Shown: positions 26,429 through 39,519 of the stretch, piece after piece
Layout of the letters: every line of letters starts with the position of its first letter
Position numbering within the stretch: the stretch's first letter is position 1
From: Malacoraja senta
Lineage: Eukaryota
Length of the DNA: 64,000 bases
Direction of reading: 5' to 3'
Assembly (NCBI GenBank): GCA_038087875.1
Contig: CM075997.1
Location: 1,800,001 to 1,864,000, forward strand
The notes under the pieces: model-generated
Told to the model about the DNA's origin: nothing
Databases searched by the model: none
The model's input: only the letters and a program-made list of their open reading frames with translations
Made by a program: the position numbers and the translations under genes

Positions 26429-27170
26429 AGGGCCTGTCCCACCTACGCGACCTCTACAGGCGACTGCCGGCACCCGTGAAAGGTCGCTGAAATTGTCAAC
26501 ATGTTGAAAACTCAGCGGTGGCCAGAAAGCCGCTACGACTCTTTGGGGACCTCTCACCACCATAGGAGACCTCTCACCGCCATAGGAGACCTTTCACCAC
26601 CATAGGAGACCTCTCACCGCCATAGGAGACCTCTCACCACCATAGACCTCTCACCACCATAGGAGACCTCTCACCACCATAGGAGACCTCTCACCACCAT
26701 AGGAGACCTCTCACCGCCATAGGAGACCTCTCACCGCCATAGGAGACCTCTCACCGCCATAGGAGACCTCTCACCGCCATAGGAGACCTCTCACCACCAT
26801 AGGAGACCTCTCACCACCATTGGAGACCTCTCACCACCATAGGAGACCTCTCACCACCATAGGAGACCTCTCACCACCATAGGAGACCTCTCACCGCCAT
26901 AGGAGACCTCTCACCACCATAGGAGACCTCTCACCACCATAGGAGACCTCTCACGACCATACAGCCTGTATGATGGTGCTGGCTCGAAGGGCCGAATGGG
27001 CTACTCCTGCACCTATTGTCTATTGAGAGGTCTCCTATGGTGGTGGGAGGTCTCCAAAGAGTCGTAACGTCTTTCTGGTCGCCCATGAATTTCAACATGT
27101 TGAAAATTTCGGCGACCTATCACGGGTGCCGGCAGTCGCATGTGGAGGTCGCGTAAGTGGGACAGGCCCT
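26429..27170. mobile_element. PIF/Harbinger-like MITE with an internal 20-bp minisatellite (26545-26962)
   Basis: Long TIRs; unit AGGAGACCTCTCACC(A/G)CCAT about 20 times; inserted in a CR1 tail. Confidence 0.85.
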
Positions 27171-28847
27171 TTAGATAGACCTCTAGGGGCTGGTGGAATC
27201 AAGGGATATGGGGAGAAGGCAGGCACGGGTTATTGACTGGGGACGATCAGCCATGATCACAATGAATGGCGGTGCTGGCTCGAAGGGCCGAATGGCCTCC
27301 TCCTGCACCTATTGTCTATGTTTCTATGTTTCTATGTTTCTATGATATATATATCAGCATCCACACGGAATTCAAAGGTGGGCCCCAAAATGCAGGAGTC
27401 ACTTGGTGGGTCGGGCAGCATCTCTGATGAAAAGATCATAGGATCTTAAGTAGACAAAAATGCTGGAGAAACTCAGCGGGTGAGGCAGCATCTATGGAGT
27501 GAAGGAAATAGGCAACGTTTCGGGCCGAAACCCTGAAGGAAATAGGCAACGTTTCGGGACGAAACCCTTCCGGGTTTCGGCCCGAAACGTTACCTATTTC
27601 CTTCGCTCCGTAGATGCTGCTGCACCCGCTGAGTTTCTCCAGCATTTTTGTGTACCTTCGATTTTCCAGTTCTTTCTTCGTCAATAGGATTTTAAGTGAT
27701 CGGTGCTGAATTTAAACCAGCATCTGCAGTTCCTTCCTACACATTGAAAATAGGTGCAGGAGTAGGCCATTCGGCCCTTCGAGCCAGCACCGCCATTCAA
27801 TATGATCATGGCTGCTCATCCAAAATCAGTACCCCCATTCCTGCCTGCTCCCCATAATCCCATTCGGCCCATCAAGTCTACTCCGCCATTCAATCATGGC
27901 TGATCTATCTCTCCCTCCTAACCCCATTCTCCTACCTTCTCCCCATAACCTCTGACACCCATACTAATCAAGAATCTATCTATCTCTGCCTTAAATATAG
28001 CCACTGACTTGGCCTCCACAGCCTTCTGTGGCAAAGAATTTCACAGATTCACCACCCTCTGACGGAAGAAATTCCTCCTCATCTCCTTGCTAAAAGAACG
28101 TCCTTTAATTCTGAGGCTGTGCCCTCTAGTCCTAGACTCTCCCACTCTCCCAAAAGGAAGGGTGACGTTTTGGGTCGAGTCCATTCTTCAGAAAGGTCTG
28201 AAGAAGATAGGGGGAGCAGCGAGAGAGGGTGTTGCGGAACCCTCGTCAGCGAGAGGAGAACAGGATCTTGACCCGAAACGTCACCCATTCCACCTCTCCA
28301 GAGACGCTGCCTGTCCCGCTGAGTTACTCCAGCTTTCTGTGTTTATCTAAGAAGGTGGGCCAAATGTATTCAAGAGAGAGTTAGATTTAGCTGTTAGGGC
28401 TAAGGGAATCAAGGGATATGGGGAGAAGGCAGGAACGGGGAACTGATTTTGGATGATCAGCCATGATCATATTGAATGGCGGTGCTGGCTCGAAGGGCCG
28501 AATGGCCTACTCCTGCACCTATTATCTATGTGCAGGAAGGAACTGCAGATGCTGGTTTAAACTGAAGATAGATACAATACGCTGGAGTAAGTCAGCGGGA
28601 CAGGCAGCATCTCTGGAGAGAAGGAATGGGTGACGTTTCGGGCCAAGACTCTTCTTCAGAAAACTCTATTTTCTATGTCTGTGTTTCCAAGTGCCTGTCT
28701 CCAAGCTGGATGTCTAAAGCCTCAAGTCCAAAGATTCTCTGATGGTTGAGAGCAGCTTTAGTTCCTGTGCCCTGGGGCAGTGCCTGTGGGCTTGGTGTCA
28801 GGTGTGGGGCAGGGAGGTCACTGCTGGGCAAGGTCTCTTGTACCTCG

Positions 28848-29447
28848 AGGGAGGGCGGGAGGGAGAGAGGGAGGGAGGGAGGGAGGGAGAGTGGGAGAGA
28901 GGGAGGGAGGGGGAGAGAGAGAGGGGGTGGGAGAGAGAGAGGGGGGAGTGAGGGAGGGAGAGAATCAGAATCACACTTTATTCGGAAAGTATGTTTTGCA
29001 ACATACGAGGAATACGAGAGTGGGACAGAGAGAGGGAGAGAGGGAGAGAGGGGAGAGAGGGAGAGAGGGAGGGATTGAGAGAGGGAGAGAGGGAGAGAGG
29101 GAGAGAGGGAGAGAGGGAGAGAGGGATGGAGGGAGAGAGAGAGAGGGAGAGAGGGAGAGAGGGAGAGAGGGAGGGAGGGATGGAGGGAGAGAGGGAGAGA
29201 GGGAGAGAGGGAGAGAGCGAGAGAGCGAGAGAGGGAGAGAGGGAGAGAGGGAGGGATGGAGAGAGGGATGGAGGGAGAGAGAGGGAGAGAGGGAGAGAGG
29301 GAGAGAGGGAGAGAGGGAGGGATGGAGAGAGGGATGGAGGGAGAGAGAGAGAGGGAGAGAGGGAGAGAGGGAGAGAGGGAGAGAGGGAGAGAGGGAGAGA
29401 GGGAGAGAGGGAGAGGGGGAGAGAGGGAGAGAGGAGAGAGAGGGAGG
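28848..29447 (+). repeat. Polypurine (GGGAGAGA)n tract
   Basis: Almost pure G/A sequence, interrupted at ~28963-29020. Confidence 0.95.
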
Positions 29448-29741
29448 GTGCTGAGGTGAGTGCCCTTCCTGCCCGACTCCCTGGAACGATTAGCCGGTCG
29501 GACTAATTGGATTTTCAAGCCGTGTGATATTATAGATGAGCTGCTTCCACTTTGCCTGCAGCTAATCAGCTCAGTGAGGCTGAGTTCACCACGTTACCAG
29601 CTCAAACTTGACACTGGATTAGAGAAGATACAATTTGTAAAATCATCAAACCTACGTCTGCTCACTAAAGATGTGAAGACTGTCGACATTCCTTTACACT
29701 TTAGAGATACAGCCCAGCATCTGCATATCAAACACCTCACT

Positions 29742-30367
29742 TCACAGTTACTCCAGCACTTGTTACCAAAGATGCTTGTTACTCCACCATTACTCCAGCA
29801 GTTGTTACTCCACAGTTACTCCAGCACTTGTTACTCCACAGTTACTCCAGCACTTGTTACTCCATCGTTACTCCAGCACTTGTTACTCCACAGTTACTCC
29901 AGCACTTGTTGGCAAAGATGCCTGTTACTCTACAGTTACTCCAGCACTTGTTACTCCACAGTTACGCCAGCACTTGTTACTCCACAGTTACTCCAGCACT
30001 TGTTACTCCACAGTTACTCCAGCACTTGTTACTCCACAGTTACTCCAGCACTTGTTACTCCACAGTTACTCCAGCACTTATTACTCCACAGTTACTCCAG
30101 CACTTGTTGCTCCACAGCTACTCCAGCACTTGTTACCAAAGATGCTTGTTACTCCACAGCTACTCCAGCACTTGTTACTTCACACTTACTCCAGCACTTG
30201 TTACTCCATCGTTACTCCAGCACTTGTTACTGCACAGTTGCTCCAGCACTTGTTACCAAAGATGCTTGTTACTCCACCGTTACTCCAGCAATTGTTACTC
30301 CACAGTTACTCCAGCACTTGTTACTCCACAGTTACTCCCAGCACTTGTTACTCCACAGTTACTCCAG
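29742..30367 (+). repeat. 26-bp minisatellite TTACTCCAGCACTTGTTACTCCACAG with higher-order variants
   Basis: Direct tandem periodicity; recurring ACCAAAGATGCTTG variant. Confidence 0.9.
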
Positions 30368-30710
30368 TGTATAAAATTATGAGAAGAACCGATCGGGTAG
30401 ATGCACAGAGTCTCTTGCCCAGGATAGGTGAATCGAGGACTAGGGATAGGTTCAAGGTGATGGGGAAAAGGAATCTGAGGGGTAACATTTTCACACAAAG
30501 TGTGGTGGGTGTATGGAACGAGCTGCCAGAGGAGGTAGTTGAGGCAGGGACTATCCCAGCGTTTAAGAAACAGTTAGACAGGTACATGGATAGGACAGGT
30601 TTGGAGGGATATGGACCAAGCGCAGGCAGGTGGGACTAGTGTAGCTGGGACATGTGGGCAAGTTGGGCCGAAGGGCCTGTTTCCAGGCTGGATCACTCTA
30701 TGACTATGAC
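30368..30710 (+). mobile_element. CR1 3' fragment
   Basis: YKIMR..FTQSVVGVWNELPEEVVEAG motif and GGGCCGAAGGGCCTG tail. Confidence 0.85.
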
Positions 30711-31810
30711 ATTGTGTCCTGTGTAAACCAGCATGTGCTGTTCCTTGCCTTGAACTAATGGGTCATCTCTGGTACCAAGTACCAAGAGGATCAACGCATC
30801 CAACCGTTGAAACAGTGCTGCCTTCTTTCACACTTTCACAACTTCTCTCCCTCTCGTCCCTCCTCCCCTTTGCCCTCTCCTCCCTCCTCCACTGACACGG
30901 AGTCACACACAGAGCTGCGGGGTAAACGTGCGGGCAGAAGGTACAAACTCCCTACAGACAAGCTCCCGCAGTCAGGATCGAACCTGGGTCCCTGGCGCTG
31001 AGAGGCAGCAGCTCGACCGCTATCTACAGCTCCTACTGACCGATCCCAATCACTAGTCTAGTCGAGGCATGGGGCCAATCAACCGTGACGTCCAAGATAA
31101 GTGGACTGACCACAGGATGAGGATTGTGGCTGGGATCTTCATGGCTTGTGTGACATTAGGACGGCACGGTGGGGTTGCTGCCTCACAGCGCCAGAGACCC
31201 GGGTTCAATCCTGACTACGGGTGCTGTCTGTACGGAGTTTGTACCTTCTCCCCGTGACCACGTGGGTTTTCTCTGGGTGCTCCGGTTTCCTCCCACACCC
31301 CAAAGACATGCAGGTTTGTAGGATAATTGGCTTTGGTAAAATAGTAAATTGTCCCTAGTGTGTGTAGGATAGTGTTAGTGTAGGGGGGGGATCGCTGGTC
31401 GGCACGGACTAGGTGGGCTGAAGGACCTGTTTCTGCGCTGTATCCCTAAACTAAACTAAACTCCAAAAACCTGCGTGGGTTTTCTCCGAGATCTCCGGTT
31501 TCCTCCCACACTCCCAAGGCGTGCAGGTTTGTAGGTAAATTGGCTTGGTATAAATGGGAAATTGTCCCTAGTGTGTATGGGGTGTTGTTAGTGTGCGGGG
31601 ATCGCTGGTCGGTCCGGACTCGGCGGGCCGAAGGGCCTGTTTCTGTGCTGTATCTCGAAACTAAACTATTACAGCTGGGGCATCCTGGATGGCATGGACA
31701 AATTGGGCCGAAGGGCCTGTCTTTGTGGTGTATCTCTAAACTAAATCTAAATCTAAGCACGATATTGTGTCAAATCCAACACCATTTTCTTCTCTCGCCC
31801 CTCTTTTTAG

Positions 31811-31895
31811 GAGATCAAGGAAATCTCGCGGAGCCAGAACACTGTAGGGATGGTGTAGTTCCAGGTGACTCTGGCAAGGTGGCTGAATGTTAAAG
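31811..31895 (+). other. NPAS1: 5'UTR part of the NPAS1 start-codon exon
   Basis: Polypyrimidine tract plus TTTTTAG|G acceptor at 31810/31811; in-frame stops before the ATG. Confidence 0.75.
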
Positions 31896-31987
31896 ATGGC
31901 AACCCAATACAACAATGAACTGAAATGTGTTAGCGTAGAGTGGGACTTCCTTCAAGGCCTGCTCGTAAAGAACCAACCTGTCCCTTG
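31896..31987 (+). CDS. NPAS1: NPAS1 first coding exon: MATQYNNELKCVSVEWDFLQGLLVKNQPVP(C); alternative in-frame ATG at 31887
   Basis: KCVSVEWDFLQGLL resembles the NPAS1-specific N-terminus (WDFL motif); AAGATGG Kozak context; TG|GTAAGA donor, phase 2; TG+C restores PC-LQ with the next exon. Confidence 0.9.
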
Positions 31988-34900
31988 GTAAGATTTGTGT
32001 GGCTCGCAGCTGACCATGCAACTCTTTCTGCTGCTTTTCTCTGGGCGACGATTGTGGGGGGGGTGGAGGGGGGCGCGCTGCTGGGAGGAGGGCAAGGAGA
32101 AGGCGATGGACTTGGGTGGAAGGGGACAGACAGGGTGGGGGGGGGAGCAATAACCTGGGGGCATCAGTGAGCGGGGAGAAATTGAACACCAAGCTGAAGA
32201 GCAACTTTCTCCACTCAGAGGGTGGTTGGTACACGGAACGAGCTGCCGGAGGAGGGGGAGTTCGAACATCATAGAGCGGAGCAAGGTGGTCCACTCCTGC
32301 AAAATCCAATGGACTGACGTGTAGTACGCAACGGAGCGGAACGTCGGACATTTTAGCAAACCCGACACGACTTTGGAATTCTCTGCCTCAGAGGGCGGTG
32401 GAGGCCGGTTCTCTGGATGCTTTCAAGAGAGAGCTAGATAGGGATCTTAAAGATAGTGGAGTCACGGGAGAAGGCAGGAACGAGGTACTGATTGGGGATG
32501 ATCAGCCATGATCACATTGAATGGCGGTGCTGGCTCAAAGGGCCGAATGGCCTACTCCTGCACCTGTTGTCTATTGTCTATTGTCTTCCATTAGGCCTCT
32601 TGAAGTGTAATCAGAGTTGCGGGGGAACAGTTTGTGTGTGTGACATAGCTCATGTGTATTACTATTTGACAATGCCTTTGTTAGCTGGAGATTCAAGATG
32701 GGACCAAATAGACCTAATACTGGAACTGAGTTATTGAGTATTATTTAATATTTAGTTATTTTCTTGGGGCGGATGCTCTATGATCTTTGAGGTAGTTGAG
32801 GCAGGTGCTACGATGCAGCGTGGGAACAGGCCCTTCGGCCCACCGAGTCTGTGCCGACCAGCGATCCCCGCACACATACGCCACCCTACACACACTAGGG
32901 ACAATTTACAATTTTACCAAGCCAATTAACCTACCGACATTTGTACGCCTTTGGAGTGTGGGAGGAAACCGGAGCAACCAGGGAAACCCCCTCCACGGTC
33001 ACAGGGAGAACGGACAAACTCAGAGGTAGACAAAAATGCTGGAGAAACTCAGCGGGTGCAGCAGCATCTATGGAGCGAAGGAGATAGGCAACGTTTCGGG
33101 GCGAAACCCTTCTTCAGACTCAATATAGACAGCACCAGTAGTCGGGATCGAACCCGGGTCTCTGGTGCTGTGAGGCAGCAACTCTACCGCTGCGCCACCG
33201 TGCCGCCCCACTTGGACAGATACATGGTTAAGAGAGGGATATGGATATCGGCCAAATATGGGCTAGTGTAGCTGGGCATCCTGGACGGCATGGACAAATT
33301 GGGCCGAAGGGCCTGTCTCTGTGATGGATCGCTCTAGGACTCTTTGACTTTCTCCAACGCGACCAATCCATTGATCGTGGAACTTCATGCTTAATGAAGG
33401 AGAGAGAATCCAACTCCTTAAATAGTTCAAGCTTCCACAGATCAAACCCAGTCGAGCTGCTGCCTCACAGTGCCAGACTGAAGAAGGATCCCCCCCACCC
33501 GAAAGCTGACCTATCCACGTTCTCCACAGATGCTGCCTGGCCCGCTGAGTTACTGTAGCATTCTGCGTGTTTCGTACAGTCGCAAGATGCACAGGAACAG
33601 GGATCTGCTTTGAAAGTGGCAGGTTGTGTTTTAACAGAGTGCTTAGCAAGAGATTTAGTTTAGTTTAGACATACAGAGCGGAAACAGGCCCTTCGGCCCA
33701 CCTAGTCCCCAGCGACCAGCGAATCCCCACACACTAGCAATTATCCAACACACTAGGGACAATTTGTGGTCACGGGGAGAGCGTACAAACTCCGTACAGA
33801 CAGCACCCGTGGTCAGGATCGAACCAGGTGGAGGACCCAGACAGGCAGGGGTGGGGTGGGTGAAAGCTGGAAGAGAAATGGGGCAACAAAGCCTTCTGAG
33901 TGATAGGTGGATACAGTTAATGAGCGATTTAGATAATCAGATGGTTGGACACAGGCCGAAGATGAAAAGACAAAAGTTGCAAGATATGGATGGAAGAGAT
34001 GTGTGAATTGTGATGGAATCCGATTGAATAGTAGTCATAGAACGTACAATATGGAACATCGAACAGTACAGTATAGGAACAGGCCCTTCGACCCACAACG
34101 TCTGTGCCGAACCTGATGCCAAGCCAAACTGTTATCTGAAGATAGACACAAAAGGCTGGAATAACTCAGCGGGTCAGGCAGCACCTCTGGAGAAAAGGAA
34201 TGGGTGACGTTTCCAGTCGAGACCCTTCTTCAGACTTCCTACACAAACTAGTATTTGCCTACATGTGATATCAAAGGATATGGGGAGAAGGCAGGAACGG
34301 GGTACTGATTGTGGATGATCAGCCATGATCATATTGAATGGCGGTGCTGGCTCGAAGGGCCGAATGGCCTACTCCAGCACCTATTGTCTATTGTCCAATG
34401 TCTAACCTGCCCCGCACATCTCAATAGACAATAGACAATAGGTGCATGAGTAGGCCATTCAGCCCATTCAATGTGATCATGGCTGATCATCCCAAAATCA
34501 GTACCCCGTTCCTGCCTTCTCCCCATATCCCCTGACTCCGCTATCTTTAAGAGCCCTGTCTAGCTCTCTCTTGAAAGCATCCAGAGAACCGGCCTCCACT
34601 GCCCTCTGAGGCAGAGAATTCCACAGACTCACCACTCTCTGTGAGAAAAAGTGTTTCCTCGTCTCCGTTCTAAATGGCTTACTCCTTATTCTTAAACTGT
34701 GACCCCTGGTTCTGGACTCCTTTAATGACAATTCCTTTAAACTCTTCCCCTCTCATCTTAAAGCTGTATCCTTCAGCCCTGGACTATTTCACCCTGGGGT
34801 AAAAGATTCTGCCTGTGTATCCTATGTATGCCTCTGACAATGTTACAGTACATATTTCCAGCAGGTTTACCTGCAACCTCTGGCGTTCCCGAGAAACCAG

Positions 34901-35179
34901 CCCAAGGCATAGAGTCCTGCAGCATAGAAACAGGCCCTTGGGGCCAACTTGCCCAAGGCAACCAATGTGACCCACCTACACTAGACCCAACTACCTGCGT
35001 TTGGCCCAGATCCTCCACCACCTTTCCTATCCATGTACGTGTCCAAATGAAAAAATGATAGCTCTATTAGAATGTCCAAACTCTCTGCAGACAGCACATA
35101 GATACATAGATACATAGAAAATAGGTGCAGGAGTAGGCCATTCGGCCCTTCGAGCCCTATCATCATTGGCGGTCACTCA

Positions 35180-35830
35180 ATAGACAATAGACAATAGACA
35201 ATAGGTGCAGGAGTCGGCCATTCGGCCCTTCGAGCCAGCACCGCCATTCAATGTGATCATGGCTGATCATCCCCAATCAGTACCCCGTTCCTGCCTTCTC
35301 CCCATATTCCCTGACTCCGCTATTTTTAAGAGCCCTATCTAGCTCTCTCTTGAAAGCATCCAGAGAACCGGCCTCCACCGCCCTCTGAGGCAGAGAATTC
35401 CACAGACTCACCACTCTCTGTGAGAAAAAGTGTTTCCTCGTCTCCGTTCTAAATGGCTTACCCCTTATTCTTAAACTGTGTGTGGCCCCTGGTTCTGGAC
35501 TCCCCCCACATTGGGAACATGTTTCCTGCCTCTAGTGTGTCCAAGCCCTTAACAATCTTACATGTTTCAATGAGATATCCTCTCATACTTCTAAACTCCA
35601 GAGTGTACAAGCCCAGCCGCTCCATTCTCTCAGCATATGACAGTCCCGCCATCCCGGGAATTAACCTTGTAAACCTATGCTGCACTCCCTCAATGGCAAG
35701 AATGTCCTTCCTCAAATTAGGGGACCAAAACTGCACACAATACTCCAGGTGTGGTCTCACTAGGGCTCTGTACAACTGCAGAAGGACCTCTTTGCTCCTA
35801 TATTCGATTCCTCTTGTTATAAAGGCCAAC
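35180..35830 (-). mobile_element. CR1 3' fragment
   Basis: LYRALVRPHLEYCVQFWSP motif and CR1 tail. Confidence 0.9.
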
Positions 35831-35834
35831 TGTC

Positions 35835-36068
35835 CTCTCCTCTCCATCGGGGTTGTCTACTTGCGGGTCTGCAGATGTCCGTAGAGGCTGATCCACGATC
35901 CACACACAACGTGGGCAGTGGAGACTGGCGGTGGTCGGTAGTCCTCGAGCCCCCTTCTCTCTCTCTCTCTCTCCTTACGTTGCTGTCGCTTTGTCTCTGC
36001 GACACGGCGCAGTTCCCTTCCATGACGTGCAGCTCCTTCCCGCGCGGATTTCCTCCAGGAGCGGCAGT
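35835..36068 (-). mobile_element. RTE-clade LINE 3' fragment
   Basis: RSWRKSAREGA..AETKRQQRKERE and SWISLYGHL, typical of the RTE C-terminus. Confidence 0.55.
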
Positions 36069-36267
36069 CCGGATCGAACCCAGGTCTCTGGCGCTGTGAG
36101 GCAGCAACTCCACCGCTGTGCCACCGTACCACACTGTACCTGCCACCGTATTCACTGAAAGTGTCGATACTTGGTATTAGTTTGCTGTCAGTATGGATAG
36201 ATCCTGGGAGGATGTCCACATTTAAAGGGTTTCGTATTTACAGGAGTTCTGGATCAGTTTTGTCTGT

Positions 36268-36850
36268 ATTCAGTTTATTGTCACGTGTAACGAGGTACAG
36301 TGAAAAGCTTTTGTTGCGTGCTAACCAGTCAGCGGAAAGACAACACATCAAGTCAAGTCAAGAAAGTTTATTGTCATGTGTCCCAGATAGGACAATGACA
36401 TTCTATTGCACTTTATCTGTTATTCATATACATGATCGAGCCATCCACAGTGTACAGATACATGGTAAGGGAATAACGTTTAATGCAAGGTAAAGCCAGC
36501 AAATTCCGATCAAGGATAGTCCGAGGGTCACCGATGAGGTAGATGGTAGTTCAGGACCGCTCTCTGGTTGTGGTAGGATGGTTCAGTTGCCTGATAACAG
36601 CTGGGAAGAAACTGACCCTGAATCTGGAGGTGTGTGTGCGTCTGTTTTCACACTTCTGTACCTCTCGCCCGATGGGAGAGGGGGGAAGCGGGAGTGGCCC
36701 GGGGTGAGACTGGTCCTTGATTATGCTGGGTACACAAAAATGCTGGAAAAACTCAGCGGGTGCAGCTATGGAGCGAAGGAAATAGGCAACGTTTCGGGCT
36801 GAAACCCTCCTTGATTATGCTGCTGGCCTTGCCGAGGCAGCGTGAGATGA
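36268..36850 (-). mobile_element. Rex1/Babar-like LINE 3' end (second copy 40770-41260)
   Basis: SRCLGKASSIIKDQSHPG..TSRFRVSFFPAVIRQLN plus 3'UTR with AATAAA. Confidence 0.7.
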
Positions 36851-39519
36851 AAATGGACAACAGATCAGTGGGATTATAGCTGCCTTTATATGGATTTATT
36901 GGCAATACATCAGTATTTATACAGCTCTCTGGCAGTGTTTCTGTATTTACAGGGGTTGTGCGGGAGTATGTCATATTTTATGGGGTTCTCTGCAAGAATG
37001 CATCTCTATTTACTGGGGTCTCTCTTTATAGGAGTTCTGAGGGACTGTCTCTATTTAATAGGGATTGGATGAGTGAATGTATTTACAGGGATGTCCTGTA
37101 TTTACAGGGGTTCTGAAGGATTGTATCTCCATTTATAGGGACTGGGGGAGTGTGTCATTGTTTACAGGCGTCTCTGGCAGTGTTTTTCTATTTACAGGGA
37201 GTCCGTGGGTTTATGAAGATAGATGCAAAGTGCTGGAGTAAATCCTCGGGTCAGGCAGCATCTCTGGATGGAAGGAATGGGTCACAGTTCATGTCGAGAC
37301 CCTTCTTCAGACTTCCGGAGATGCTGCCTGACCCGCTGAGTTACTCCAGCATTTTGTGTCCATCTTCAATGTAAACCAGCATCTGCAGTTCCTTCCCACA
37401 CACACGATCTTTGGGATTATGTCCCTATTTCCCTTATCTATACATGTCCCTTATCATGTATCTATACGCTGTAAATGGCTGGATTGTAATCATGTATTGT
37501 CTTTCCGCTGACTGGATAGCACGCGGCAAAAAAGCTTTTCACTGTACCTCGGTACACGCGACAATAAACTGAACTGATCTCATTTAATCCCATTTAATAG
37601 GGACTCTGAGAGTGTGTCAGTAAGTAAGTAAGTAAGTAAGTAAGTTTATTGGCCAAGTATTCACATACAAGGAATTTGCTTTGGTGCTCCGCCCACAAGT
37701 AACAACTATTTAAGATTTAAGAGAGAGGGATTTAAGAGAGAGTTAGATAGAGCTCTAGGGGCTAGTGGAGTCAAGGGATATGGGGAGAAGGCAGGCACAG
37801 GTTATTGATAGGGGACGATCAGCCATGATCGCAATGAATGGCGGTGCAGGCTCGAAGGGCCGAATGGCCTCCTCCTGCACCTAGTTTCTATGTTTCTATT
37901 TAACATGACATACAGTGACAGTTACGAATGACTCAGAAAACACTAAACATTAATAATAATAAAACATTAATGATAAAACACCATTGATCAAGTGTTTGAA
38001 CCAACTAAATACCATGTCAAAGGGAGTATATGGCATTATATGTACAGGAGTCACTGGCATTCTGTATTGCAAGGCTCTCTTGGATTGCGTATATATTTAA
38101 AAGTGACTGAGGGTGTGACTATGTTTAAAGGAGTCAATTGTAATGTATTTGTGTTTACAGGAGTTCTGTGCGAATGTGTCTATATTTAAAAGGGCCTCTG
38201 ACAGTGGGCGAGGGGGGAGAAGTGGGACTGGACTAGGTAGGTACACAAAAATGCTGGAGAAACTCAGCGGGTGCAGCAGCATCTATGGAGCGAAGGAAAT
38301 AGGCAACGTTTCGGGCCGAAACCCTTCTTCAGACTGGGTAGGGGTGGGTGAGAAAGAGGAAGGGGCAAGGTATCCATCAAAGCGGAATTACAGCTAAATG
38401 TAACGAAAGTCTATTCATCTGCGGGGAGTCGATGCAATGTTGTCCAGTTCGGACATTAATCTCTATTTAGCTAATGGAAATATTCACTCAAATACTCAAA
38501 GCTGCTGACAATCGAAACAGGGGAGATTGGGGAGCCGTTGTGGTCTAAGTAGCCACTCTGACCACTCAGTCACTCCACACGGGCAGTAAGAGACCCCGGG
38601 TTCGATCCCGACCACGGGCGCTGTCCGTACGGGGGTTTGCACGTTCTCCCCGTGACCTGCGCGGGGTTTCTCCGGGATCTCCGGTTTCCTCCCACACTCC
38701 AAAGACGTGCGGTTATGTTTGTAGGTTAACAAAAGCGCTGGAGAAACTCAGCGGGTGCAGCAGCATCTATGGAGCGAAGGAAATAGGCAACGGCTTAGTT
38801 TAGTTTAGAGATACAGCAGGGAAACAGGCCCTTCGGCCCACCATGTCCGTGCCGACCAGCGATCACCTGCCCACCAGCTCTATCCCACACTAGGGAAAGT
38901 TTACACTTTTACTGAAACCAATTAACCTACAAACATGGAAGGTTGACAAAATTGCTGGGGAAACTCAGCGGGTGCGGCAGCATCTATGGAGCGAAGGAAA
39001 TAGGCAACGTTTCGTCCCGAAACCCTGAAGGAACTGGCAACGTTACGGGACGAAACCCGGAAGGAAATAGGCAACGTTTCGTCCCGAAACCCTGAAGGAA
39101 ATAGGCAATGTTTCGGGATGAAACCCGGAAGGAAATAGGCAACGTTTCGGGACGAAACCCGGAAGGAAATAGGCAACATTTCGTCCCGAAACCCTAAAGG
39201 AAATAGGCAACGTTTCGGGACGAAACCCGGAAGGAAATAGGCAACGTTTCGTCCCGAAACCCTGAAGGAAATAGGCAACGTTTCGTCCCGAAACCCTGAA
39301 GTAAATAGGCAACGTTTCGGGACGAAACCCGGAAGGAAATAGGCAACGTTTCGGGCCGAAACCCGAAAGTAGGAAAGGCCTTTACCTCCCTAAGAAGCCT
39401 CACGTTATAGAAACTAATGCTATAACAGAACAGGCTGTAGAAGCAAAGAACTGCAGTTGTTGGTTAATACACAAAGTGTTGAAGTAACCCTGTGGGCCTG
39501 GCAGCATCCCCGGAGAACA

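Larger units (their letters stand above)
12840..38200 (+). repeat. Dispersed remnants of a decayed ~31-bp tandem repeat (approx. GTGTGTCAGTATTTACAGGGAGTTCCTGGGA)
   Basis: Same-strand ~30-32 bp periodicity of GTCAGTATTTA-like motifs in inter-TE segments, e.g. 14280-14570, 21600-21830, 24670-24880, 25900-26260, 36880-37210. Confidence 0.7.

Noticed and set aside
28673..30639. Long Arg-Glu, Ser-Leu-Pro and LLQHLL ORFs
   Set aside because: Products of the GA tract and the 26-bp minisatellite
35970..36068. Possible antisense exon ending in a GTAAG donor
   Set aside because: Another frame matches an RTE LINE C-terminus, which explains the segment
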